Notes: generated by a model not told the origin, from the sequence alone. 64,000 nt of DNA from Minisyncoccota bacterium (GCA_022843285.1 JALHNY010000001.1:15128-79127); one strand, 5' to 3'; shown: positions 14,292 through 24,154, counted from the first letter of the stretch. Made by a program: numbers and translations.

Positions 14292-14795
14292 CTAGTTATC
14301 CGTATCGCCAGCCTTGTCGTCCCGGAGCGCGTGGTTGCTGAGCCCGGTCGCGCGGAGGAGGTATATGGCGAGCGCCATGACGACCGCCGAGACCGTGGCG
14401 AGCTGCCACATGCCCAGTCCCGCGAGGATGCCGACCGCTGCCGTCGCCCAGATGAGCGCCGCGCTCGTGAGGCCGAGGACGTGGTGATTGTTCTTGAGGA
14501 TGATGCCTCCGCCGATGAAGCCGATGCCCACGATGATGTTGGCGATAATGTTGAAGAGCGCGCCGCTGTCACGGAGGATCGGCTCGGCGTACCCGCCGCC
14601 GGCTACGAAGGTAAAGGGGACCGCGAGCGCGATCAGGGTGAAGAGGCAGGCGCCTCCCGCCACGAGCATCGACGTCTTCACGCCGGCGTCCTTGTGGATG
14701 ATTTCTCGCTCCAGGCCCATCACGATGCCCAGCGCGAGGGCCACGAAGAACCGGGCGAGCATTTGCGAGAGGGGGAGCATTTCCATAGACTGCAT
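14292..14795 (-). CDS. mgtC: MgtC/SapB family membrane protein
   Basis: Only the C-terminal 167 aa of the long minus ORF are real: ALALGIVMGLEREIIHK..AGVKT motif with 4-5 TM helices. The upstream part is antisense to aspS. Confidence 0.7.
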   Translation of the reverse strand: MQSMEMLPLSQMLARFFVALALGIVMGLEREIIHKDAGVKTSMLVAGGACLFTLIALAVPFTFVAGGGYAEPILRDSGALFNIIANIIVGIGFIGGGIILKNNHHVLGLTSAALIWATAAVGILAGLGMWQLATVSAVVMALAIYLLRATGLSNHALRDDKAGDTDN

Positions 14796-14807
14796 TGTAC
14801 CAGAGCC

Positions 14808-16193
14808 ATGCGCACCTACGTAAACGAAGCCCCGAAGAAGGTCGGCGAGACGGTCACCCTGATGGGCTGGGTGGACTCCCGCCGCGACCACGGCAAGGTC
14901 ACCTTCATCGACCTCCGCGACGTGAGCGGAACGGTGCAGGCGGTCGTGACCCCCGAGATCCCCGGTGCCGATGACCTGCGTGCCGAGTGCGCGGTCGAGG
15001 TGGAGGGTCTCGTGAAAGCCCGCCCCGAGAAGCTCGTCAACGACAAGATGCCCGACGGGCTCGGCACGATTGAGATCGAGGTTCGGGGTGCGAAGCTCCT
15101 GGGCGCCGCCGAGGTGCTCCCGATCGCCGTCACGACCGACGGCACGGAGATCGGCGAGGAGGTTCGCATGAAGTACCGATACCTCGACCTGCGCCGCCCG
15201 CGGCTGCAGCGCAACCTGCGCGTGCGGCACCGCGTCATTGCCGCCATTCGCCGCTACCTCGACGAGCGCGGCTTCGTGGAGGTCGAGACCCCGAACCTCA
15301 CGAACCCGACGCCCGAGGGCGCCCGCGACTACCTCGTGCCGAGCCGGCTGCAGCCGGGCTCCTTCTACGCGCTCCCGCAGTCTCCCCAGCAGTTCAAGCA
15401 GCTGCTGATGGTCGCGGGCGTCGAGAAGTACTTCCAGATTGCGCGCTGCTTCCGCGACGAGGACACGCGCGGTGACCGCCAGGCTGAGTTCACGCAGCTG
15501 GACCTCGAGATGAGTTTCGTGGAGCAGGAGGACGTGATTGCGCTCAACGAGGCGCTCCTCATCGACCTCGTGGAGAAGAACTTCCCGGAGAAGAAAATTC
15601 AGGAGATTCCGTTCCCGCGCATCACGTACGCCGATGCCGTGGCGCAGTACGGCTCGGACCGCCCGGACCTCAGGAAAGACACCTCCGACCCGAACCTGCT
15701 CGCGTTCTGCTGGGTCATCGACTTCCCGTTCTTCGAGAAGAACAGGGAGGGTGGGTGGACCTTCACGCACAACCCGTTCTCGGCGGCGCAGCCGCAGCAC
15801 GAGCAGAACCTGATGAACGGCTCCGACGTTGCGGACATTCTCGCCGCACAGTACGACATCGTGCTCAACGGGTACGAGATTGGCGGCGGCAGCATCCGCA
15901 ACCACAAGCCGGAGGCGCTCCGCGCGGCTCTGAAGATCATGGGCTACGACGAGGAGCGCACCGAGCGCGGCTTCGGCCACATGCTCGAGGCGCTCAGCTA
16001 CGGCGCACCCCCGCACGGCGGCATCGCCTGGGGTCTGGATCGCCTCGTGATGCTCCTGCTGGGCGAGCCGAACATCCGCGAGGTCATGGCGTTCCCGAAG
16101 ACGGGGGACGGCCGCGACCTGATGGCGGGCGCCCCGGTGCCGGTCTCGAAGGAGCAGCTCGACGAGCTGCGGATCAAGATCATCGAGAAGTAG
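14808..16193 (+). CDS. aspS: aspartyl-tRNA synthetase, short archaeal/Thermus-AspRS2 type (461 aa, no GAD insertion), likely non-discriminating
   Basis: Start MRTYVNE..VTLMGWV. Motifs FYALPQSPQQFKQLLMV and QIARCFRDED are present. The length excludes the bacterial-type insertion domain. Confidence 0.9.
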   Translation: MRTYVNEAPKKVGETVTLMGWVDSRRDHGKVTFIDLRDVSGTVQAVVTPEIPGADDLRAECAVEVEGLVKARPEKLVNDKMPDGLGTIEIEVRGAKLLGAAEVLPIAVTTDGTEIGEEVRMKYRYLDLRRPRLQRNLRVRHRVIAAIRRYLDERGFVEVETPNLTNPTPEGARDYLVPSRLQPGSFYALPQSPQQFKQLLMVAGVEKYFQIARCFRDEDTRGDRQAEFTQLDLEMSFVEQEDVIALNEALLIDLVEKNFPEKKIQEIPFPRITYADAVAQYGSDRPDLRKDTSDPNLLAFCWVIDFPFFEKNREGGWTFTHNPFSAAQPQHEQNLMNGSDVADILAAQYDIVLNGYEIGGGSIRNHKPEALRAALKIMGYDEERTERGFGHMLEALSYGAPPHGGIAWGLDRLVMLLLGEPNIREVMAFPKTGDGRDLMAGAPVPVSKEQLDELRIKIIEK

Positions 16194-16231
16194 CTGGCGC
16201 AACCTTACCCACCCTGTACAATCTCAACCCT

Positions 16232-16747
16232 ATGACTACGAAACCTCAGCGCACGCTCATTCTCCTCAAGCCCGACGCGCTCCAGCGCGGCATCGTCGGC
16301 GAAATCCTCACCCGCTTCGAGCGGGTGGGTGCCGCCATGGTCGGCATGAAGCTCCTCGTTTCGGACAAGGACACCGCCATGCAGCACTACACCGAGGACG
16401 TTGCGATTCGTCGCGGCGAGCACATCCGCGAGCTCATGGTGAAGATGCTCACCTCCGATCCGGTCGTGGCCGTCGTCCTCGAGGGCGTGGACATGGTGGA
16501 GCTCGCCCGCAAGATGGTCGGCGCGACCGAGCCGAAGAGCGCGGCGCCCGGCACGATTCGCGGAGACTACTCGCACGTCTCGTACGCGCAGTCCGATGCC
16601 AGCGGCAAGGGAATCTTCAACCTCATCCACGCGTCCGGCTCCGCGGAAGAAGCGGAGGCTGAAATCGCGGTCTGGTTCAAGCCGGAAGAGCTCGTCGAGT
16701 TCAAGCCGGGGTACGCGAACTACACGATCCACCAGTACTACGAGTAA
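16232..16747 (+). CDS. ndk: nucleoside diphosphate kinase
   Basis: RTLILLKPDALQRGIVGEI and the C-terminal SGSAEEAEAEIAVWF match NDK. Confidence 0.9.
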   Translation: MTTKPQRTLILLKPDALQRGIVGEILTRFERVGAAMVGMKLLVSDKDTAMQHYTEDVAIRRGEHIRELMVKMLTSDPVVAVVLEGVDMVELARKMVGATEPKSAAPGTIRGDYSHVSYAQSDASGKGIFNLIHASGSAEEAEAEIAVWFKPEELVEFKPGYANYTIHQYYE

Positions 16748-17211
16748 TGGAGCTCGACCCGCGCCTCCACTTCGTCGTCACCACGGCCATTGTGGTGAGG
16801 GACGGGAAGTTTCTCATCGCCAAGCGCTCCGAGTCTGAGAAGGCGTTCCCGGGCAAGTGGACGGTGCCGGGCGGCAAGCTCGTGCTCACCGAGTACCAGG
16901 ACCTGCCCCGCACCTCGGACACGCACCCGCAGTGGTACAACGTCGTGGAGTGGGCGCTCCGCAAGGAGGTGCGCGAGGAGGTTGGCCTCGAGATTGGCAC
17001 GCCGAAGTACCTGTGCGATTTGGTCTTCGTGCGCCCGGACGGCTACCCGGTGGTGACGCTGTCCTACTGGGCTGAGTACGAGAGTGGGGAGGTGCAGCTC
17101 TGCAAAGACCTCACGGAGTACGCCTGGGTCACCGCCGAAGAGGCGAAGGGCTACGACATGATCGAGGGCATCGCCGAGGAGATTGCCGACGTGGCAAAGC
17201 TGATTGCGTGA
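16747..17211 (+). CDS. Nudix hydrolase
   Basis: Nudix box ALRKEVREEVGLEI. The start overlaps the ndk stop (TAATG). Confidence 0.8.
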   Translation: MELDPRLHFVVTTAIVVRDGKFLIAKRSESEKAFPGKWTVPGGKLVLTEYQDLPRTSDTHPQWYNVVEWALRKEVREEVGLEIGTPKYLCDLVFVRPDGYPVVTLSYWAEYESGEVQLCKDLTEYAWVTAEEAKGYDMIEGIAEEIADVAKLIA

Positions 17212-17217
17212 ACGAGA

Positions 17218-17250
17218 AGAAAAGGGCGACCGCAGCGGTCGCCCTTTTCG
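17218..17250. terminator. bidirectional intrinsic terminator between Nudix gene (+) and release-factor gene (-)
   Basis: AAAGGGCGACCG-cagc-GGTCGCCCTTTT. Confidence 0.7.
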
Positions 17251-17982
17251 TTACTCCTTGAAGCTCTCGCGCATCACCGCGCCAATCTTCTCGAAGTCTC
17301 CCCCGAGAATCTTTTCGAGGTTGCTCCACTTCTTGCCGATGCGGTGGTCCGTGATGCGGTCATCGGGGAAGTTGTACGTGCGGATTTTCTCGGAGCGATC
17401 TCCGGTGCCCACCTTGGACTTGCGCTCCGCGCCGATTGCCGCCGCCTCTTTTGCAATTTGCTCCTCGTAGAGCTTCGCGCGGAGGACGTCCATGGCGCGC
17501 TCGCGGTTGGCAGCCTGGCTGCGCTCGACGCGCGATGCCACGACGGTGCCGCTGGGCTTGTGGAGAATGCGCACGGCCGTCTCCACCTTGTTCACGTTCT
17601 GCCCGCCGGGTCCGCCCGCGCGCGAGAAGGTGACCTCGAGGTCGCGGTCGTTGATGACCACCTCCTGCGGTGGCACGACCGGCATGACCGCCACGGTCGC
17701 GGTGGAGGTGTGGATGCGGCCGGAGCGCTCCGTCTTGGGGACGCGCTGCACGCGGTGCACGCCGCTCTCGTGCTGGAGCGAGTCCCACGCACCCTCGCCG
17801 CTGATCTCAATGACGATGCTCTTGTACCCGCCGAGGTCGTTCTCCGAGGCATCGACGACGGTGAAGCGCCAGTTTTTTGCCACCGCGTACTGGCGGTACA
17901 TCTCGGTGAGGTTCGCCGCGAAGAGGGCGGCCTCGTCGCCACCCACGCCCGCCCGGATTTCCATGATCAGCTTCTTTCCCAT
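17251..17982 (-). CDS. prfA: class-I peptide chain release factor, RF1-like (PKT tripeptide, GGQ), lacking N-terminal domain 1 (~244 aa)
   Basis: Aligns to E. coli RF1 from about residue 107 onward ([14 protein letters not shown].., [35 protein letters not shown]). There is no room or coding signal for domain 1 upstream. Confidence 0.8.
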   Translation of the reverse strand: MGKKLIMEIRAGVGGDEAALFAANLTEMYRQYAVAKNWRFTVVDASENDLGGYKSIVIEISGEGAWDSLQHESGVHRVQRVPKTERSGRIHTSTATVAVMPVVPPQEVVINDRDLEVTFSRAGGPGGQNVNKVETAVRILHKPSGTVVASRVERSQAANRERAMDVLRAKLYEEQIAKEAAAIGAERKSKVGTGDRSEKIRTYNFPDDRITDHRIGKKWSNLEKILGGDFEKIGAVMRESFKE

Positions 17983-18054
17983 AGGGCTACATCGTACGGG
18001 GAGCCTGGCTCCTGGACAAGCTTTACAGGAGAAAATCGTGTACAATAGGTAATC

Positions 18055-18486
18055 ATGTCCAAGCGAATTCTCGTTGTGGATGACGAGCCGGACTTCCGGG
18101 AGATATTTTCTACCCATTTGAGAATGAAGGGCTTTGACGTGGATACCGCGGACGGGGCTGAGAACGCGCTAGCGAAGATCAGAGCTTCTGCCCCCGACCT
18201 GGTGCTCATGGACGTGCAAATGCCTCCCGGGAAGACCGGCATCGAGGCATTTTTTGAGCTCAAAAACGATCCGCAGACCGCGAACGTCCCCGTAATGTTT
18301 CTCACTAACCTCGGCGCCACCGAGGTGGAGGCCCAGCAGATCAACGTGCAGTACGCGCAGGAGCTCGGGGCGGTCGGCGTGCTCAAGAAGACGGACGACC
18401 TCAAGAGCCTGAGTGAGGCAATAGCTAAGCAGTTCGGCGGGGGAGTCGCACCGGCTACCTCAGTGGAGGTACCCCCAGCGCCGTAG
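18055..18486 (+). CDS. single-domain response regulator receiver (CheY-like)
   Basis: [13 protein letters not shown] .. LVLMDVQMP .. K box; no output domain. Confidence 0.8.
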   Translation: MSKRILVVDDEPDFREIFSTHLRMKGFDVDTADGAENALAKIRASAPDLVLMDVQMPPGKTGIEAFFELKNDPQTANVPVMFLTNLGATEVEAQQINVQYAQELGAVGVLKKTDDLKSLSEAIAKQFGGGVAPATSVEVPPAP

Positions 18487-19782
18487 CAGCTTTTCGTCTC
18501 GTTCAATAAAGGAGCGTCCGATGTCATCCCGGTAGAACATCTTCGGGATGACAATTTTCTCCACGAGCCTGTACGCCCGCCGGCGCGCCTCCTCAACAGT
18601 CTTGCCCATCTCGGTCACGTACAGGACGTAGCCGCACCAGTCTGAGATGTACAGGCGGTCCTTCTTGCGGCCGGGGCGCGCGGATACCTCCTCGAAGTGG
18701 ATGTGCGCCATGTCGCTGTCCTTCATGTCCTCGCGGAAGTAGATGCTCACGCCGTCCGATGAGACGCCGCGCAGCTTGCGCGTGTAGGGGAACGGCGGCA
18801 CCGCCACGAGAACCACGACCCCGAAGCCCTTTCGCCATTTCAGCTTGTACTGCTCGCCCAGCGCGACCGCGCGGAGGAACTCGGACCACGGGGAGCTATT
18901 GAACTCGGTGTGCAGCTGGACGATGGGGGAGCCGAAGCGCGGCGTCGCCTCGAGCGGGTACGCCCCGGTCTCGTTGACGATGCAGTTGATGTCGATGTCG
19001 CCACGGAAATCGATTGCCTGGAGGTAGGGCTTGAGCTTCGCGAGCGTCTCCCCGAACAGCTTGTTACTCTCGTCATCGTCGTACCAGGCGAGGGTGCCCA
19101 TTTCGCTCGTGGTGGGGCCGATGTTGCCGGGAAAGAAGCGCTTGTACTCGACGTTCATCTCGATGGGGCCGACCCAGTCCGTGCCGTTGAAGTAGCGGGC
19201 CACGCCGATTTCCACACCCTCAATCTTCTCCTGCAGGTCGAGCGGCTCAGCCTGCTTCCTGCTGTTTAGAGCGTAACCCTCGAGCGTGCTGATCACGTCA
19301 CGGCCGTCCGGCAGCTGCCCGACGTAGTTGAGGCTCCTCGGCGCCTTCGCGTTCTGCTTGATGACCCACGCTCGCGGGTTACGCCTCACGAAGGCGATGG
19401 CGTCCTCAATTTTTTGGAAGGTCTTGTAGGGGACGGTCTTGATGCCGTGCTGTTTGAAAATTTCCTGGGCGTGCGCGCGATCTACCTCGAGCTTGTCGCC
19501 GAGGGCAGATCCTCCAAAGACCGCGTACCCCTGCTTGCGTAGCCGATCCTGGACGGATCCAAAGCCAATGCCGTCGAACACGATGAGGCCGGCTTTGCCG
19601 ACCCACTCGAGCTCTCGCTTCCAGTCCTCCGTTTGCTCGAGCAGCCCGATGAAGTTGCTCCGCCGCTCCTTGTCCTGGACAAAGATTTTCACATCGTGAC
19701 CCTCCTGCTTCAGCAGGTAGGCGATGTTGCCGGAGACGAGCTCGTCCGAGACGAACAGGATTCGCACACCCCCATGATACAA
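18460..19782 (-). CDS. phosphoribosylamine-glycine ligase-like ATP-grasp protein (divergent PurD homolog)
   Basis: Collinear similarity to GARS including the C-terminus DIGRSFIERDEK, but several PurD signature motifs have diverged. Confidence 0.65.
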   Translation of the reverse strand: MYHGGVRILFVSDELVSGNIAYLLKQEGHDVKIFVQDKERRSNFIGLLEQTEDWKRELEWVGKAGLIVFDGIGFGSVQDRLRKQGYAVFGGSALGDKLEVDRAHAQEIFKQHGIKTVPYKTFQKIEDAIAFVRRNPRAWVIKQNAKAPRSLNYVGQLPDGRDVISTLEGYALNSRKQAEPLDLQEKIEGVEIGVARYFNGTDWVGPIEMNVEYKRFFPGNIGPTTSEMGTLAWYDDDESNKLFGETLAKLKPYLQAIDFRGDIDINCIVNETGAYPLEATPRFGSPIVQLHTEFNSSPWSEFLRAVALGEQYKLKWRKGFGVVVLVAVPPFPYTRKLRGVSSDGVSIYFREDMKDSDMAHIHFEEVSARPGRKKDRLYISDWCGYVLYVTEMGKTVEEARRRAYRLVEKIVIPKMFYRDDIGRSFIERDEKLLRRWGYLH

Positions 19783-19818
19783 TGAAAACCATCAGGGGTC
19801 TCAGGCCCACCTTGCAAA

Positions 19819-20736
19819 ATGCACTGGCTCCCCATCGCCCTCATCCCGTCCGCGCTCTTCGCGGTCTGTAACTACTTGGATAAGTACCTGATCGAGGAGT
19901 ACTTCAAGGAGCAGGGGAACGGGGCGCTCATTATCTTCTCCTCGCTCATTGGGGTCGTCGTGCTCCCGTTCATCGTGCTCTTCATAGGGAGTTCGTTCCT
20001 CATCGCGCCCCTGCTGGCCCTGGCCATGGTGGGCAACGGCGTGCTGTACGTGCTCGCACTCCTGCCCTACCTCTCGGCGCTGCATGACGATGAGGCTTCG
20101 GTGGTGGTGCCGCTCTGGCAGCTCATCCCCGTCTTCGGGTACCTGCTCGGGTACCTCACGCTCGGCGAGTCCCTGAGCGCCACGCAGCTCATAGCTGGAG
20201 CCATCATCGTCGCGGGCGCGTTCACGCTCTCACTCGGCGTGCGCCCGGGTGAGTTCCACGTGAAGTGGAAGACATTCGCGCTCATGGCTTTCTCCTCGCT
20301 CCTCATGGCACTCAACGGGGTGCTCTTCAAGCTCTTTGCCCTGGACGCCTCGTACGGCGTGACGCTTTTCTGGGACAGCGTGGGACTCATCGTCATCGGC
20401 GTCGCGTACCTCGTGTTCTCCCCGTCCTCACGGCACAGCTTCATCGAAGTGTTCCGACAGAACAGCCGCGGGGTGCTCACGCTCAACGGCGCCAACGAGG
20501 TCATCAACATTGTTGCCATGTTCATCCTGAACTACGCCCTGCTCCTCGCGCCGGTGACCTTCGTGTTCCTCGCGAACGCGTCCCAGCCGTTGTGGGTGCT
20601 CCTCTTCGGCGTGATTCTCACGCTGCTCTTCCCGCACGTCATTGCCGAGAACCTCGATCGCAGGACCATCGCGCAGAAACTGTTCGCGATCCTGCTCTTG
20701 GGCATTGGCGTGTTTCTCATGGATGCTGCCGCCTGA
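19819..20736 (+). CDS. DMT/EamA-like 10-TM transporter
   Basis: Hydrophobic throughout with two repeated 5-TM halves. Confidence 0.65.
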   Translation: MHWLPIALIPSALFAVCNYLDKYLIEEYFKEQGNGALIIFSSLIGVVVLPFIVLFIGSSFLIAPLLALAMVGNGVLYVLALLPYLSALHDDEASVVVPLWQLIPVFGYLLGYLTLGESLSATQLIAGAIIVAGAFTLSLGVRPGEFHVKWKTFALMAFSSLLMALNGVLFKLFALDASYGVTLFWDSVGLIVIGVAYLVFSPSSRHSFIEVFRQNSRGVLTLNGANEVINIVAMFILNYALLLAPVTFVFLANASQPLWVLLFGVILTLLFPHVIAENLDRRTIAQKLFAILLLGIGVFLMDAAA

Positions 20737-20757
20737 CCTCGGTGCTACAATGGCCGC

Positions 20758-21207
20758 ATGATCGGCAGGCGCCCCTGGTTCTTTGCACTTCTGGCGGTAG
20801 CGGTGGTAGCCGCGGGTTCGCTGACGTGGGGGTACCAGCGCACGTACGTGCGCGGAGACTACCGCATCTCTCTCGAGGTGCCGTGCGATGGCGAAGCCAG
20901 CTGCTTCGCGCCGTACGAGGAGGGCGGAGACCCGTTCGCCGTTCTCATCACATCCGCATCCTCGCTCCGAGCTCGCTGTGGTACCGACGTCGCGTCCTGC
21001 ACCCCGACGTGCGACTCGCTCGGCCCCTCCTGCTCTTACCTGCACTGCGGCACCGACGAGGGCGCCCAGTACGGAGACTGCCTCGGAGCGGAGGAGCCGG
21101 AACCCGCGGAGGGCGAAGCGGCGGGGGAGGGGGTGACCGAGGAAGTCACGGAAGGAACCGGGGAAGAGGCTCCTTCCGAGGTCGCCAATCCTGAACTGGC
21201 ATCATGA
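20758..21207 (+). CDS. hypothetical Cys-rich protein with N-terminal TM anchor and acidic E/G/A-rich tail
   Basis: Clean ORF in a coding-dense region; no family recognised. Confidence 0.45.
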   Translation: MIGRRPWFFALLAVAVVAAGSLTWGYQRTYVRGDYRISLEVPCDGEASCFAPYEEGGDPFAVLITSASSLRARCGTDVASCTPTCDSLGPSCSYLHCGTDEGAQYGDCLGAEEPEPAEGEAAGEGVTEEVTEGTGEEAPSEVANPELAS

Positions 21208-22865
21208 TCTGCCCCGGATTTGAAACCCCCGCGTACCTCTTCTTTGCCCAGGACGTACCGGCACTCCTGTACTACTCGCACCTGCCCGCGGCGTTCATGG
21301 CGCTCCTGGTCGGCTTTTTCGTTTTCACGCAGGACACGTCCTCGCGCGCGAGCCAGCTGCTCCTCGGCATTGCCGGCAGCTTCGTGGCGTGGATCGCCCT
21401 CAACCTCATTGCCTGGACCAACAACTCCAGCGACCTGATTTTCTTCACGTGGTCCTTCTTTGGCGTGCTGTTCACCACCATCGCGCTGCTCTCTTTCTAC
21501 CTCGCGTACGTCTTCGTCCGGCAGGAGGACCTCCCGTCCTGGGCTAAGTGGATTCTGCTTGGCCTCGGCCTGCCCGTCCTGGCTCTCGCGCCGTCTGCTC
21601 TCAACCTCTCGCAGTTCGACCTGACCGGGTGCAGCGTGTACGCAGAGGGCTTCGCGTACACGACCTACTACTACGGCCTCGGCCTGGCGTCCTTCATCGC
21701 CACCTTCGCCCTCGCGGTTCACCAGGCGCGGCAGCTCGCGGGCCGGGACCGCCGCAAGGTCGCGCTCTTCACGTTCGGTATCGAGGCGTTCCTCCTCATG
21801 TTCTTCATGTCGAGCTACATCGCGAGCTACCTGTACGAGCACGGCATCGTCTCGGACTACTCGCTGGAGCAGTACGGGCTCTTCGGCATGGCCATTTTCA
21901 TGGCATTCCTCGCGTACCTTATCGTCCAGTACCGTGCGTTCAACGCGAAGCTGCTCGCGACGTCTGCACTGGTGTGGGCCCTGTGCATCCTCATTGCCTC
22001 GCAGTTCCTCTTCGTGAAGGAGCCTACGAACTTCGTGCTCGTGGGCATCACGCTGGCGCTCGCCATCGTCTTCGGCAACGTGCTCGTCCGCAGCGTCCGC
22101 CGCGAGGTGGAGCAGCGCGAGAAGCTGCAGGTGCTCACCGAGCAGCTTCAGAAGGCAAACACGCAGCTGCAGGACCTCAGCCGCTTCAAGACGCAGCTCC
22201 TCAGCCTCGCCTCGCACCAGATCAAGGCGCCCCTCGCCGCCATCAAGGGGTACATCTCGCTCATGCTCGAGGGCGGGTACGGCGCCGTGCCCGAGAACCT
22301 CCAGAAGCCGCTGAACGCGATGCAGCACTCGGCGAACGGCCTCGTGGACCTCGTCACGTCGCTCCTCGACCTCAGGAAGATTGACGAGGGGAAAATGGAG
22401 TACGCCTTCGAGCGCACCGACCTCGCGGAAATGGTGCGCGACGTGGTCGAGGAGCTGGGCATGCTCGCGCGGGAGAAGAAACTCGCCCTCACGCTCTCGG
22501 GAGCCGACGCCCCGATCTTCGTGCGGGCGGACCGCACCAAGCTCCGCCAGGTCGCGCAGAACCTCGTGGACAACGCCATCAAGTACACGCCGAGCGGCTC
22601 GGTGAGCGTGGCCGTAACCCGCGAGGGGCGCTTCGTGACGTGCACGGTCTCAGACTCGGGTCTCGGCATGGCGCCCGCGCTCCTGCCGCGCCTCTTCGAT
22701 GAGTTCACCCGCGACCAGCGCGTGCAGCACACGATTCGCGGCACCGGCCTCGGCCTCTACATTGCGAAGCGCATCATCGAGGCGCACGGCGGGGACATCA
22801 GGGCGGACAGCACCGGCGAGGGGCAGGGTTCCAGGTTCTGGTTCACGCTCCCAACCGCGCCATGA
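21204..22865 (+). CDS. sensor histidine kinase with N-terminal multi-TM sensor domain
   Basis: HisKA H-box (LASHQIKAPLAAI) plus HATPase N, G1 and G2 boxes (DNAIKYT, DSGLGM, GTGLGL). Confidence 0.85.
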   Translation: MICPGFETPAYLFFAQDVPALLYYSHLPAAFMALLVGFFVFTQDTSSRASQLLLGIAGSFVAWIALNLIAWTNNSSDLIFFTWSFFGVLFTTIALLSFYLAYVFVRQEDLPSWAKWILLGLGLPVLALAPSALNLSQFDLTGCSVYAEGFAYTTYYYGLGLASFIATFALAVHQARQLAGRDRRKVALFTFGIEAFLLMFFMSSYIASYLYEHGIVSDYSLEQYGLFGMAIFMAFLAYLIVQYRAFNAKLLATSALVWALCILIASQFLFVKEPTNFVLVGITLALAIVFGNVLVRSVRREVEQREKLQVLTEQLQKANTQLQDLSRFKTQLLSLASHQIKAPLAAIKGYISLMLEGGYGAVPENLQKPLNAMQHSANGLVDLVTSLLDLRKIDEGKMEYAFERTDLAEMVRDVVEELGMLAREKKLALTLSGADAPIFVRADRTKLRQVAQNLVDNAIKYTPSGSVSVAVTREGRFVTCTVSDSGLGMAPALLPRLFDEFTRDQRVQHTIRGTGLGLYIAKRIIEAHGGDIRADSTGEGQGSRFWFTLPTAP

Positions 22866-24154
22866 AGCTCATCCCGACCAGCCACCGGGGCCTCCGGTCC
22901 CGGCACGACACCGCCGTCTTCGAGCGGCACGCGCTCGCGAACGGCGTCACCGTCTGGCTGCAGCGTTCCCCGGTGCTCCTGACGGAAGAGGGCGTGCTCG
23001 TGGCGTACTTCAGGAACGTCGGCAACGTGCTCGACCCTAAGGGCAAGGAGGGACTCGCGCACTTCCTGGAGCACATGCCGTTCAAGGGGACGGAGCGGTA
23101 CCCCAGCACCGAGGACATCGAGGCGGCCATCCGTAACGTGGGCGGCGGCAAGAACGCCACGACCTCCCGCTACTGGACGAGCTACTTCACCGCCGCGCCG
23201 GCTTCCGACTTTCCCGTGGCGCTCGACGTGCTCTCCCAGATCCTCACGCGCCCGCTCATGCGCGCGGAGGACCTCGAGGTGGAGCGAGGCGTCATCCAGA
23301 GCGAGCGTCGCCGCAAGTTCGAGCACGGCGCGACCCTGGCCGCGCACGACGTCGACGAGCTGCTCTTCGGGGACCACCCGGCCTTCTCGTGGGGGATAGG
23401 CAGCGAAGCATCGATTGACGCCATCACGCTCGAGGACGTGCTCGCGTTCTGGGACGCGCACTACCACGCGGGCAACATGCACCTGGTCGTCGGGGGAACG
23501 TTCTCGGAGGTTCCGGACGTCCTCGCCCGCCTCCAGGAGGCGTTCGGGGGCGTGCCCGCGAAACCCGCACTGGAGCTCCAGCTTCCCGCCATGCCCGTGC
23601 CCGCGACCTTGCGGCACCGCCTCACCAACCCCCGGTACAGCCGGGACCGCTTCTTCGTCGAGTGGGTCCTCTCCGAGAACGTTCCCGATGCAGACCGGGA
23701 TGCGCTGGGCCTCCTGACCTCTGCCTTCAGCAGCGGCATGGACTCGCCGCTCGCGGTCGAGCTCCGCGACAAGCGCGGCCTCGTGTACGAGAGCGGGCTC
23801 ATGGGGGCGTCTTTCGTGCGCAACATCGGGGGCATGATCTCGCTCGAGCTCCCGGTCACGGGAGCGCAGTACGACGAGGTGCAGCCGGTGGCCATGGAGC
23901 TGTTCCGCAACCTGCCCGACGAGCGCCTGTCCACCACGCTGGATCGCTGGCAGCTGGGGCGCCTCACGGGCTTCCACTACCCGACGCAGCTGTGCCTGCG
24001 CCTCGGGGGTGACCTCGTGCGCTACGGCGAGCCGCGCTCCATCCACCAGGACCAGGCGGAGGCCGACGACACGGACCTGGAGCTCGTCCACAAGTGGAGG
24101 GACTACGTCTCCAGGACCCCGCCCGTGGTGGTGGAGACCACGTCGCACGAATGA
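22862..24154 (+). CDS. M16-family (pitrilysin/insulinase-like) zinc peptidase
   Basis: HxxEH motif (HFLEH) in the N-terminal domain; two-domain length. Confidence 0.8.
   Translation: MKLIPTSHRGLRSRHDTAVFERHALANGVTVWLQRSPVLLTEEGVLVAYFRNVGNVLDPKGKEGLAHFLEHMPFKGTERYPSTEDIEAAIRNVGGGKNATTSRYWTSYFTAAPASDFPVALDVLSQILTRPLMRAEDLEVERGVIQSERRRKFEHGATLAAHDVDELLFGDHPAFSWGIGSEASIDAITLEDVLAFWDAHYHAGNMHLVVGGTFSEVPDVLARLQEAFGGVPAKPALELQLPAMPVPATLRHRLTNPRYSRDRFFVEWVLSENVPDADRDALGLLTSAFSSGMDSPLAVELRDKRGLVYESGLMGASFVRNIGGMISLELPVTGAQYDEVQPVAMELFRNLPDERLSTTLDRWQLGRLTGFHYPTQLCLRLGGDLVRYGEPRSIHQDQAEADDTDLELVHKWRDYVSRTPPVVVETTSHE

Noticed and set aside
14796-16202. N-terminal ~470 aa of the 636-aa minus-strand ORF
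   Set aside because: It is antisense to aspS. Only the C-terminal 167 aa (MgtC-like membrane protein, 14292..14795) is real.
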